This document shows positions 32,895 to 41,666 of a stretch of DNA of 64,000 nucleotides, piece after piece (position 1 is the stretch's first letter; every line of letters starts with the position of its first letter). Source of the stretch: an uncultured delta proteobacterium (lineage in GTDB: Bacteria; Myxococcota_A; Polyangia; Polyangiales; JAFGIB01); assembly GCA_963778655.1 (NCBI GenBank), contig CAVZVA010000003.1, forward strand, positions 544,001 through 608,000. Direction: 5' to 3'. The position numbers and the translations under genes are program-made. The notes under the pieces were generated by a model. It saw nothing but the letters and a program-made list of their open reading frames with translations. It did no database searches and was not told where the DNA came from.

Positions 32895-32945
32895 GCCGGC
32901 ACCGCCAGCACGGCCTGCATACCCCTTTGAAGGAGCCCAATCCCC

Positions 32946-33755
32946 ATGACCGCCATCGCAGACAAAGTCGTCGCCGTCACCGGCGCAGCCTCCGGCATCG
33001 GGCGCGCGCTCGCCGTGGAGCTCTCCAAGCGAGGCGCGCAGCTGGCGCTGGCCGACGTCAACGCCGCGGGCCTGCGCGAAACCGCAGACCTGTGCAACGC
33101 CGGCGTGCAGCTGACCACGCACGTGGTCGACGTGCGCGACCGGAGCGCGGTCGAGCGCTACGCCGCGCAAGCCGCCGAAGCGCACGGCGGGGTGGACGTT
33201 GTCATCAACAACGCCGGGCTGACCGTGCGCGCGGGGATCGAGGAGATCTCCTACGAGCAGTTCGAGCTCGTGCTCGGCGTCAACCTGTGGGGCGTGATCT
33301 ACGGCGCGCGCGCCTTCCTGCCGCTGTTGCGCAAACGGCCCGAGGGCCACATCGTCAACATCTCGAGCATCAACGGCATGGTGCCCTTCGCCAAGAACGG
33401 CCCCTACAACATCTCCAAGTACGGAGTGCTCGCCTTCTCGGAGACGCTGATGCAGGAGCTGCGCGGCCAATCGGTGCGCGTCACCTGCGTGCACCCGGGT
33501 GGCATCCGCACCAACATCGTGCGCAACGCCCAGGGAAGCACGCCGGACGAGGTAGCGATGTTCGACCGCATCGCGGGCACCAGCGCGGAGCGCGCCGCCA
33601 AGACCATCCTGCGCGGGGTCGAGCGCAACAAGCAGCGCGTCTACATCGGCGCCGACGCCAAGCTGCTGGCGCTGGCCAAGCGCCTGCTGCCGTCGACCAC
33701 CGTGAGCGTGGTCGGCAGGGCGTCGATGCAGCCGGCGCCCGCTCTCAAGCGCTGA
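32946..33755 (+). CDS. SDR family oxidoreductase
   Basis: TGAASGIG, NNAG, ISS, YNISK, HPGGIRT. Confidence 0.94.
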   Translation: MTAIADKVVAVTGAASGIGRALAVELSKRGAQLALADVNAAGLRETADLCNAGVQLTTHVVDVRDRSAVERYAAQAAEAHGGVDVVINNAGLTVRAGIEEISYEQFELVLGVNLWGVIYGARAFLPLLRKRPEGHIVNISSINGMVPFAKNGPYNISKYGVLAFSETLMQELRGQSVRVTCVHPGGIRTNIVRNAQGSTPDEVAMFDRIAGTSAERAAKTILRGVERNKQRVYIGADAKLLALAKRLLPSTTVSVVGRASMQPAPALKR

Positions 33756-33768
33756 GGCGCGCCACGAA

Positions 33769-33830
33769 ACAGGAAGACGGGAAGGCGCGAAGGGACTGAC
33801 GGTTCGAGCGCAGGCGTCTTCCCGTCTTGC
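33769..33830. repeat. Palindromic REP-like element, family A
   Basis: ACAGGAAGACGGGAAGGCGC...GCGTCTTCCCGTCTTGC, between convergent genes. Confidence 0.8.
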
Positions 33831-33856
33831 AACCATCGGCGAGCGCGCTGCGGCGC

Positions 33857-34441
33857 TCAACCCGGCGCGGCTGGGGGGGCCGGCGCTGCGGCCGGCTGCT
33901 CGCGGTCGTGCTCGCGGTCGTGATGCCAGAAGGCCTGGCCGTTGATGGCGATGCAGCGGTAGCTGGCATCGAGCTTGCGGGCCTCGTCGTTGGGCGGGCA
34001 CTCGCCCAGCGGCAGCCGCTCTTGCAGCGGCGGGTCGTGTGACACGCGGCAGGCCGCGCTGCCCTCGCAGCCGAAGCGCTCCTCCTCGACCTGCACCTGC
34101 AGCAAGAGCGCGTCGCCTTCCGGCGTGCTCTGCAGCGCCCAGTGCCCGCTGCGCCGGCCGACCTTCGCGTTGGAGGCGCGCGCGGCGTGCCACTCGAAGC
34201 GTCCGTCCGGCCACAGCTCGTAGCGCTGGGTGTCGGCCCGACCCGCGGGCGCCCAGAACTCGGCCCACGAGCCGGCCAGGCCGGCAGGGGTCAGCGCGGC
34301 GTGCGCCGGCGCGGCGTGCGCCGCGGCTGCCGCTGCGGGCGCGGAAGCGCTGGCCGCAGTGGCGGGCTGCGATCGCGGCTGAGACGCGCAGGCGGCCGCG
34401 ACGGGCGCGAAGGAAAGGGCGACGAGCAGCAGGCGGTTCAT
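33857..34441 (-). CDS. Hypothetical lipoprotein (lipocalin-like beta domain)
   Basis: MNRLLL..AAAC lipobox, Ala linker, LAGSW..PDGRFEW..SGHW, four further Cys. Confidence 0.7.
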   Translation of the reverse strand: MNRLLLVALSFAPVAAACASQPRSQPATAASASAPAAAAAAHAAPAHAALTPAGLAGSWAEFWAPAGRADTQRYELWPDGRFEWHAARASNAKVGRRSGHWALQSTPEGDALLLQVQVEEERFGCEGSAACRVSHDPPLQERLPLGECPPNDEARKLDASYRCIAINGQAFWHHDREHDREQPAAAPAPPAAPG

Positions 34442-34478
34442 GAAGGCGTTCTAAGGCGGCGCCCGCCAATGGGCAACC

Positions 34479-35765
34479 TTACCGCAGGGCGCCGAATGCG
34501 CTGAAGTAGCCCGGCCAAGACTTCGAAACGCAGCCCGGGTCGCGGATGCGCACCCCCGCCACGCGCAGCCCGGCCAGGGCGAAAGCCATCGCCATGCGGT
34601 GGTCGTCGTAGGTCGCGATCTCCGCGCCGTGCAGCGCGCCCGGCGTAATCGACAACGAATCGGCGTCCGCGCGCGCGTCCGCGCCGAGCTTGCGCAACTC
34701 CGCTTGCAGCGCCGCCAGTCGGTCGCTCTCCTTGATGCGCAGGTGCGCCACGTTGCGGATGCGCGTGGTGCCGCTCGCGAACAGCGCGGTGACCGCGGTC
34801 GCGAGCACCGCGTCGGGCATCGCGTTCATGTCCACGTCGAGCGCGCGCAGCGGCCCGTCCGGCCCGCGCACTTGCACGCCGTCCAGCTGATAGTCGACGC
34901 TGCAACCCATGCGCGCGAGCAGCTCCACAAAGCCCATGTCCGCCTGGGCCGAGCCCTTGCTCAAACCTTCCACCAGCACGCTGCCGCCGGTGATGGCTGC
35001 GGCAGCGAAGAAGTAAGCCGCGGTCGAGGCGTCGGGCTCAATCGCGTAGCTGCGACCCGCGTAGGTGGCGCCGGGCTCGACCTCGAGCACGCCGTCGCCG
35101 CTGAACCCCGCGCGCGCGCCGAACGCCCGCATCACCTGTAGCGTGAGCTCGACGTAGGGTCGACTGGCGAGCGCGCCACGCGCGAGCCGGAGCCTCACCG
35201 GGCGCGCGGCGTAGGGCGCCACCAGCAGCAGGGCCGAGAGGTACTGGCTCGAGCGGCTGGCGTCGATTTCGGTCTCGCCCCCGAAGGGCGTGCCACCCGT
35301 GCAGCGCACCGGTGGACAGCCGCCCGGACCCTCCGCGACCACCTGGACGCCGAGCCGTTGCAGCGCCTCGACCAGCTCGCCGATCGGACGCTCGCGCAGG
35401 CGCGCGGTGCCGTCGAGCCGGCTCGCGCCCGGAACCAGCGCCATCAGCGCGGTCAGGAAGCGCGCCGCCGTGCCCGAGGCCTGCGCGTCCAGCGCGAGCG
35501 CCGGCAGCCGCGGCTTGCCGCCCACGCCGCTGACCTCGACCCAGTCATCGCCGGCGCCGCGCGAAAGGCCCACGCCGAGCGCCTCGAGCGCGCTGGACAT
35601 CGCACGGATGTCATCGCTGTCGAGCAAACCGTGCAGGCGGCTGCGCCCGCGCGCGAGCCCGGCGACCACCAGCGCGCGGTTGCTGATACTCTTGCTGCCC
35701 GGCACCCGAACGCGCGCGTGCAGCGGACCGCGGGGCTCGATCTCGAGCGACGAAGCCTCGGTCAT
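34479..35765 (-). CDS. aroA: 3-phosphoshikimate 1-carboxyvinyltransferase (EPSP synthase)
   Basis: PGSKSISNR, SGTAARF, RERP, SSQYLS, LRIKESDR, YDDHRMAM, KSWP. Confidence 0.97.
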   Translation of the reverse strand: MTEASSLEIEPRGPLHARVRVPGSKSISNRALVVAGLARGRSRLHGLLDSDDIRAMSSALEALGVGLSRGAGDDWVEVSGVGGKPRLPALALDAQASGTAARFLTALMALVPGASRLDGTARLRERPIGELVEALQRLGVQVVAEGPGGCPPVRCTGGTPFGGETEIDASRSSQYLSALLLVAPYAARPVRLRLARGALASRPYVELTLQVMRAFGARAGFSGDGVLEVEPGATYAGRSYAIEPDASTAAYFFAAAAITGGSVLVEGLSKGSAQADMGFVELLARMGCSVDYQLDGVQVRGPDGPLRALDVDMNAMPDAVLATAVTALFASGTTRIRNVAHLRIKESDRLAALQAELRKLGADARADADSLSITPGALHGAEIATYDDHRMAMAFALAGLRVAGVRIRDPGCVSKSWPGYFSAFGALR

Positions 35766-35814
35766 GCCGACCTTGTGCCACCGCCCCCCGGACGCGGCAA
35801 GCATGCCCTCACTT

Positions 35815-37320
35815 TCAGCGTCGGGTGGCGCGGCCGAGCCCCCGGCTCGCCAGCGCGCGGTTCGGGGCTTCGTGCATGATCGCCTCGCGGATCCAGGCGT
35901 CCTTGGCGTCGGCGAGCGTCTCCACGTGCTGGTCGCTGACCTCGATGCCGAGCTGGCGGTACAAGCCCTGGAGGTCGGGCAGGCTCGGTCCATCCACCCA
36001 GCGCCGCATCAGCTCGGTGAAGACGGGCACGCCGGCGATCTTGTCCATGCGCTCCAGCAGCTCTCGCGCGCGCAGCGGGTGCGGGGGCCCGTGACGCTCG
36101 GCGGCGAGCTCGCGCACCACATCGTCCAGGCGCAGCCGGCCGTGCGTGCGGCGGCGTAGCTCGACGTCGCTCATCAACGCAAACGAGGCGCCGGCCCAGT
36201 ACACCATCTTGAATGAGAAGTTCACGAACATGTCCGCGCTCTCTTCGGCCAGGTTTTGCTTGGCGTCGCGCCCGAGCAGCGAGCCTTCGTAAAGCCTGCG
36301 CCAAGCGTCCTGCTCGGACTCCATCCCCGACCGCACGCGCAGCACCTCCTGGTAGTAGGTCGCCAAGCCCTCCGACAGCCAGGCATCGTCGCGCTCCACG
36401 AACGGCAGCAGCAGGTGGCAGAACTCGTGGACCGCAATCCAGTCGTGCAGCAGCGGCTGCAGCTTCGCGTTGGCCGGCAGCAGCATCGCGGCTGACGCGC
36501 CACCGCCGCGGTTCATGGTGCCGAAGCGCACCGGCTCGCCCGAGGGGCTGGTCGGAATCACCACCACCTGGACCCGGCGGCGCGGGAAATGGCCGAATAC
36601 CAAGGCCGCCTCGCGCGCGGCCTGCTCGAGCCACGGCACCACGTTCGCCCGCGTGGCCTCGCTCAGCCCAGGCAGAATCGCCACCTCCAGGGTCGCGCCC
36701 GGCGCCGCGGCCTGCACCTGGTCGAAACGACCGAACACGGCGAAGGCGTAGAAGGCGAGCGCGCTCTGGTCGAGCACGTAGCGGTCGCCGCGGCGCGGCC
36801 AGGGCAGGCTGGCGCGCATGCCGGCGGGAAGGTCGAAGCGCGCGCTCAGCTCGCGCACACCCTGCCACTGCGGCGGACGCCACAGCCAGAACGCGACGTT
36901 CGACACCAGCGCGTCGCCGCGGCGCGTCGCGTCGAGCCCGCCGTAGCTGCGTGCGGCCGCGCCCACGTCGATCGCGTAGTGGGCGCAGGCACCCGGCGCG
37001 AGGCCCCGCAGCTGGATGCGGTGCTCGACCACCGCGAGCGGACGGGTGCCGCGCGGTCCGCTGCTCCAGGCGCGTTTGAGGTAGTCGCCGCCCCAGTGCA
37101 CTCCGCTCACCAGCTCCGGTGGCGGGTGCCCGCGAAAACACACCTGCGCTTCGATCATCTCCAGCTTCGCGTCGACGCGGAAGCGGTAGTCGATCCCGTC
37201 GAGCGAGACGTCGGGCCGCGGCAGTGGCGCGTGCACGCAGCCGCACAGCAGCGCGCACAGCATCCACGGCGCCGGCAGGCGGCGCCTTGCGGCAGCAGAG
37301 GCTCGCCCGTCAGCGCGCAC
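35815..37320 (-). CDS. Predicted lipoprotein zinc metallopeptidase (gluzincin, M1/M61-like)
   Basis: LLCGC lipobox; HEFCH followed by WLSEGLATYYQE; later VYWAGA. Overlaps the upstream gene by 11 nt. Confidence 0.8.
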   Translation of the reverse strand: MRADGRASAAARRRLPAPWMLCALLCGCVHAPLPRPDVSLDGIDYRFRVDAKLEMIEAQVCFRGHPPPELVSGVHWGGDYLKRAWSSGPRGTRPLAVVEHRIQLRGLAPGACAHYAIDVGAAARSYGGLDATRRGDALVSNVAFWLWRPPQWQGVRELSARFDLPAGMRASLPWPRRGDRYVLDQSALAFYAFAVFGRFDQVQAAAPGATLEVAILPGLSEATRANVVPWLEQAAREAALVFGHFPRRRVQVVVIPTSPSGEPVRFGTMNRGGGASAAMLLPANAKLQPLLHDWIAVHEFCHLLLPFVERDDAWLSEGLATYYQEVLRVRSGMESEQDAWRRLYEGSLLGRDAKQNLAEESADMFVNFSFKMVYWAGASFALMSDVELRRRTHGRLRLDDVVRELAAERHGPPHPLRARELLERMDKIAGVPVFTELMRRWVDGPSLPDLQGLYRQLGIEVSDQHVETLADAKDAWIREAIMHEAPNRALASRGLGRATRR

Positions 37321-38041
37321 CGAGGATCACGCCCCGTTCGATGAAGTCGGCCAGCACCGCGCACAGCCCGTCGAGAAACGCCTCGTCGACCGCCATCGCG
37401 CGCTCGGCCGCCACTTCTTGTACCGCCTGCGCCACGCTCTGCTCGCCCGCGACGAAGCGCTGCATCAACGCGAAGCTCACCGCGTTGAGGCGGTGGGTGC
37501 GCGCCTGCTTGTCGTCCGCGCGGCGGTGAACACACAGGTAGAGCTCTGCTCGCGCGGCCGCTGCGCGCTCGTCGAGCACGTCGTGCTCGAGCCGCAGCAG
37601 GCGCAAGGCCGGAGCGAGCACCGGGCGCCGGTCGAAAGCGAACTCGTCGAGCCCCTGCGGCGCCTCGTCCGGCAGATCCGACACCGCCCACAGCGCCGCC
37701 TCGTAGGCACACAGATCGGCCACGTGGGCAGCCACGTCGGGCTCGGCGGCGAAGAAACGCTGCGCGCTGTCCGCGAAGCAGCCCGCAACCGCGTGAAAGA
37801 ACCGCACCCGCGGAGGGTCGTGGCTCAGAAAATGCTCGAATGCGCGTGCGAAAGCGCGCTCTCCGGCGGCCTTGCGCGTGCGCTTGAAGGCCACATCGAT
37901 CTCGCTGCGCAGCCGCTTGCGAATCGCTTCGCGGTAGATGTGCCATACCCGCGCGTCGCCGAGCGGCGCCACCTGCTCCGCGCCCGGCGCTGGCCCGAAG
38001 CACACCTCGACCACCCGGCGCTCGAGATCGATCAGCGCCAT
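37310..38041 (-). CDS. MNIO partner protein (DUF2063/HvfC/BufC-like)
   Basis: Overlaps the DUF692 gene; IYR..L...F..T...G...F..F..PP and ADLCAYE.A patterns. Confidence 0.8.
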   Translation of the reverse strand: MALIDLERRVVEVCFGPAPGAEQVAPLGDARVWHIYREAIRKRLRSEIDVAFKRTRKAAGERAFARAFEHFLSHDPPRVRFFHAVAGCFADSAQRFFAAEPDVAAHVADLCAYEAALWAVSDLPDEAPQGLDEFAFDRRPVLAPALRLLRLEHDVLDERAAAARAELYLCVHRRADDKQARTHRLNAVSFALMQRFVAGEQSVAQAVQEVAAERAMAVDEAFLDGLCAVLADFIERGVILGAR

Positions 38042-38913
38042 GCAGTCTCCGTGGCACGGCGGTAGATCGCGTCGAGCCGCTGGACCTCGGCCACCAGCTC
38101 CTCGAACGGCGGGAAGTTCTGGTCGCGCTCCAACAGCACCGGGACCTTGCCCACGCGGCGCAGCGTGTGCTCGAGCAGCTCGTAGACCTCATCGCGCACC
38201 GGCTCGCCGTGGGTGTCGATGATCAGCGCGTCGTCACGCACGAAGTGTCCGGCCACGTGGATCTGCACCACTCGTTCTACGGGCATGCGATCGAGATACT
38301 CGCGGGCGTCGAAGCCGTGGTTGCGGCTGTTGACGAAGACGTTGTTGACGTCGAGCAGCAGCTTGGCGTCCGCGCCCTCGAGCACCTCCAGCAGGAAGTC
38401 GACCTCCGGCATCTCGCCCGGCCCGGTCGCGGTGTAGTAGCTGATGTTCTCGATCGCGATCGGCAGCTCGAGCCGGTCGCGCGTCTCGCGGATGCGCGCA
38501 ATCGCCGTGCGCACGGCTTCGCGCGTCAAGGGCAGCGGCAGCAGATCGTGCAGCATCACCCCGTCCGCGCCCGAGAAGCACAGGTGCTCGCTGTGCCAGG
38601 GAACGCCGAGCTCGTGCAGGAAGTCGCGCAGCGGCTTGATGTAGGCGTCCTCGGCCGGCTCGACCGCGCCGAAGCCCATGGTCAAGCCGTGGGTGACGAT
38701 CGGCCAGCGCTCGCGCGCGCTGCGCAGCATCTGGCGAAAGCGGCCGCCTCGCTGCACGTAGTTCTCGGGGTGGACCTCGAGCCAGCGGATCTCCGGCACG
38801 GTGCTCTCGAGCGTGCCGCGCGCCATCGCGTAGCGAAACCCGATCCCGATGCCCTCGACACGACCTTGGTTGCTCAAGCTCGACTCCAGCGGAGACCCCC
38901 GCCCCTCGAGCAT
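38032..38913 (-). CDS. DUF692 family multinuclear non-heme iron oxidative enzyme (MbnB/TglH/ChrH/HvfB/BufB family)
   Basis: GIGFR, EVHPENY, HGL, SEHLCF, DLLPLP, IENISYY, LLLDVNNVFVNSRNHGFD, IHVAGH, IDTHG, LLERD. Confidence 0.96.
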   Translation of the reverse strand: MLEGRGSPLESSLSNQGRVEGIGIGFRYAMARGTLESTVPEIRWLEVHPENYVQRGGRFRQMLRSARERWPIVTHGLTMGFGAVEPAEDAYIKPLRDFLHELGVPWHSEHLCFSGADGVMLHDLLPLPLTREAVRTAIARIRETRDRLELPIAIENISYYTATGPGEMPEVDFLLEVLEGADAKLLLDVNNVFVNSRNHGFDAREYLDRMPVERVVQIHVAGHFVRDDALIIDTHGEPVRDEVYELLEHTLRRVGKVPVLLERDQNFPPFEELVAEVQRLDAIYRRATETAWR

Positions 38914-38937
38914 GACCTGCCTCAGTCGCGCATGCTC

Positions 38938-38984
38938 AAAAAAATCGACCAGCGCGCCGTCCCCTCTGGTACGGCGCGCTGGTC
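38938..38984 (-). terminator. Intrinsic terminator between the precursor gene and the DUF692 gene
   Basis: Perfect 14-bp stem GACCAGCGCGCCGT/ACGGCGCGCTGGTC with a 10-nt loop, then GA and T7 on the minus strand. Confidence 0.85.
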
Positions 38985-39034
38985 ATCATTCCGACTCGGT
39001 CATCACGACCGACAAACCGACTGCGCTGCGGAGC

Positions 39035-39325
39035 TCAGCTGCACGAGTTTTCGCCGCAGGAGCCTTCGCCACCTGCAGCCTCGCCGCCGGCCGGCTGGTC
39101 ACCACCGCCCTCGGCCGGTGCTGCCGCCGGGGCCGCCGTGTCGCCGCCGCTCGGCGCTGGTTGTGCCGCACCGCTGCACGAGCCCTCGCCGCCGCTCGTC
39201 GGCTGGGCCGCGGCACCCTCTTCAGCCGCCGGGGGCTCCGACGAGCCGCCACATCCCACGCCCAAACCCGCAAGCCCAGCGGCCGCGGCCATGACAAGCA
39301 GCTTGTTCTTCAATCCGGTATTCAT
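39035..39325 (-). CDS. Putative MNIO RiPP precursor; 96-aa low-complexity lipoprotein with GGEGSC repeats
   Basis: GGAGG RBS (39336-39340), signal peptide and lipobox-like GVGC25, GGEGSC50, GGEGSC90GENSC95S; directly upstream of DUF692. Confidence 0.85.
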   Translation of the reverse strand: MNTGLKNKLLVMAAAAGLAGLGVGCGGSSEPPAAEEGAAAQPTSGGEGSCSGAAQPAPSGGDTAAPAAAPAEGGGDQPAGGEAAGGEGSCGENSCS

Positions 39326-39911
39326 GTCTCGTTTTCCTCCAGATGAGTCGTTCACGAATGTGCTCAAACGATTCGGTCGATTCCTGGTCGGGATCGCTCG
39401 CATCGTTCGGCACTGGTTCCGCTCAAGTCCGTCTGCATGTGCCGTCCATCAGCGGAGAGCCCATCCACAGCAGGGCGGTACTCTGCCATAGTCTCGATCG
39501 GAATGGGAGATGCCCCTTCCTCGGGTGATTCGGTCGTACATGGGAGCGCACCCGAGCGCGTGTCTCTCCCGCATTGTCTGTGGGAGGTCGACCTGCGTTA
39601 CGTGAGCATTCAAACCAGCCGAGCGGCGCGATTTTTCTATCCGGGCTGTTGGCCAAGCGCCGCGTTCACACCGAAATCCGGCCTTTCGGTTTGCACCAGG
39701 TCTTGCACCGAGAATCGCACGAAATCGATCGGCCCTCGCGCTCGCTGCGTGCCTGGCTCTATGCTGCCCAGCCTTGAAATACTTCGAGTATTCCTGCAGC
39801 CTCGATCCGCGCTTCGGGCTCGGATCCCTGCGCGGTCGCCGGCTCAACCGAAGCGATCCTCGGTGTAGACTTGGCGGCGGCGACCGCGCCCCCCGCGGTC
39901 CAAAGCTAGGT

Positions 39912-40868
39912 ATGGATCCGCTTTCACGGCTTGGCATGGCCCTTCGAGCTACCGCAATCGTGCTGGTGGTCGTGACCTTCTGCGGCTGCTCCCTGTTCGA
40001 CAACCTCGATCGCTTCAGCCCCCAAGACGGCGGGGCTTCGCGCGTCGATGCCGGAAAGCAGCCGAATGCACGCGTGGACGCCGGTTCCGAGCCCGCCGAC
40101 GACGGCGGGATGCTCCCGGACGCAGGCGATGCGGGCGAGCAGAGCCTGGGTTGCGAGCGCCCGGAGACACTGTGCGTGCGGCTCGACCGTTTCACCCCGC
40201 ACATCGGCGAGCTGGTAGGCGTCGACCTGGTGACCGCCGATAACATCCTGCGCGCGCGCGCGCTGCTCGACCCGCTAGCCGCCAATGGCGGCTCGGAAGC
40301 CGACATCGTGATGCCGCTGGCGATCCCCGCATCGGACGTGCCGGCCAAGGGCCAAGCGCCCATGCTTCAGCTCGAGATCTACGGCGATCACAACCACGAC
40401 CGCATGTACACGCCGGACGGCACCGATCACGACTGGAAGGTCGACTTGCCGGCGAGCGGCAATCTGGTGTTCACGCACAACTCGGCGTTCAGCCGCTTGC
40501 TGCCGCGGCCGGCGGGCATCGGCGGCGACTTCCACATGCACTTCGAGGGGATGACCGTACACATCGGGCAGATCCTGGAGGTGATGGTGATCGAGAGCGA
40601 CAGCGGACGCGCGGTCGGGCTCTACCGGCTGCAGTCGGTGCCCTCAGACACGTTCGACATCGCCATTCCCGAGATCATCGACGTGGGCGGCGTGACCTAT
40701 CGCATCGAGTTCTTCGCCGACGCCAATGGAAATGGCACCTACGACGACCCGCCGACTGATCACGCCTGGGTCAAGTTCGCCGAGTCCGGCGCGACCGGGC
40801 TGGATTTCACCTTCGTCCACGGCACGGACTTTACGCCGCTCGACTACCAGTACAGCTTCACGCCGTAG
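39912..40868 (+). CDS. Lipoprotein with two tandem ~110-aa His-containing repeats
   Basis: FCGC lipobox, DAG-rich linker. Repeat 1: PHIGE..IYGDHNHD..TDHDW..FTH. Repeat 2: VHIGQ..FFADANGN..TDHAW..FVH. Confidence 0.8.
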   Translation: MDPLSRLGMALRATAIVLVVVTFCGCSLFDNLDRFSPQDGGASRVDAGKQPNARVDAGSEPADDGGMLPDAGDAGEQSLGCERPETLCVRLDRFTPHIGELVGVDLVTADNILRARALLDPLAANGGSEADIVMPLAIPASDVPAKGQAPMLQLEIYGDHNHDRMYTPDGTDHDWKVDLPASGNLVFTHNSAFSRLLPRPAGIGGDFHMHFEGMTVHIGQILEVMVIESDSGRAVGLYRLQSVPSDTFDIAIPEIIDVGGVTYRIEFFADANGNGTYDDPPTDHAWVKFAESGATGLDFTFVHGTDFTPLDYQYSFTP

Positions 40869-40898
40869 CGACGCAGGCCCCGCGGGTCGAGAGGGTTC

Positions 40899-40956
40899 AC
40901 AGGCAGACGAAGGCGGGAAGACGCACCCGAAGGGCTGCTGCCGCCTTCGCGTCTGT
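40899..40956. repeat. Palindromic REP-like element, family A (degenerate)
   Basis: ACAGGCAGACGAAGGCGGGAAG...CCGCCTTCGCGTCTGT. Confidence 0.55.
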
Positions 40957-40987
40957 CGGAAGTCCCGGCCGTGGCATACTGGAAGCG

Positions 40988-41662
40988 GTGCCGGGCACTC
41001 CACGTCACGTCCCGTTGCTCCTGGGAATCGCCGCGGCACTGGCGCTGGCGGGGCTCACGGGGGTGGCGCTCGCGCCCACGTTGCTGGTCTACCACCCGCT
41101 GTGGCTGGTCGCGCTCAGCCCGATCGGGCGGCACCTGGTGCTCGCGGCGACGCTCGTACCCATGCTGCCGCTGGTGCTGGTCGCCACCGCGCGCCGCATG
41201 CTCTCGAGCTCGGTCGGCTACGGGCTCGGGCGGGCGTACGGCGCGTACGGGCTGCAACAGGTGCGCGATCGCTACCCGCGCCTGCAGCGCGCGATCGGCG
41301 TGCTGGAACGCATGTTCGAGCGCGCCGCCCCACTGGTCGTGTTCTTCGCGCCGGCGCCGGTGTTCTGCGCGATGGCTGGAGCCACCTCGATGTCGCTGGG
41401 CGTGTTCGTTCCGGTCGCGGTCGCGGGGCATCTGATGTGGGCGAGCCTCACCTACCGGCTGGGTGAGGCGCTGGGCTCGTCGATCGTTCCGCTGCTGGGG
41501 TTCGTGCGCGAGCACGTCGTTTCAACCACCCTGGCGTGTGCGTTGCTCGCGCTCGGCTACGCGCTGCTGCGAAGGCGCGCCCGCCGCAAGCGCGCGCGAC
41601 AAGCGGCGCACGCCAGCGCGCCCCCACCGATCGCATGGCAGCCGCCACCCGGGGAAGGTTGA
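40988..41662 (+). CDS. DedA/VTT-like membrane protein
   Basis: Multiple hydrophobic segments, GYGLGRAYG, AGATSMS...F, YRLG, basic tail. Confidence 0.7.
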   Translation: MPGTPRHVPLLLGIAAALALAGLTGVALAPTLLVYHPLWLVALSPIGRHLVLAATLVPMLPLVLVATARRMLSSSVGYGLGRAYGAYGLQQVRDRYPRLQRAIGVLERMFERAAPLVVFFAPAPVFCAMAGATSMSLGVFVPVAVAGHLMWASLTYRLGEALGSSIVPLLGFVREHVVSTTLACALLALGYALLRRRARRKRARQAAHASAPPPIAWQPPPGEG

Positions 41663-41666
41663 CGCG

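Noticed and set aside
30414..34469. 1351-aa minus-strand ORF
   Set aside because: Arg/Ala/Gly-rich shadow frame overlapping five well-supported genes; long stop-free frames are expected at this GC content.
34479..35765. aroA as part of the RiPP cluster
   Set aside because: Ordinary housekeeping EPSP synthase; the precursor has no aromatic residues and there is no evident chemical link.
39468..39490. Possible sigma54 promoter (TGGCA..GC) upstream of the RiPP precursor
   Set aside because: GG-to-GC spacing is 9 nt rather than the required 10.
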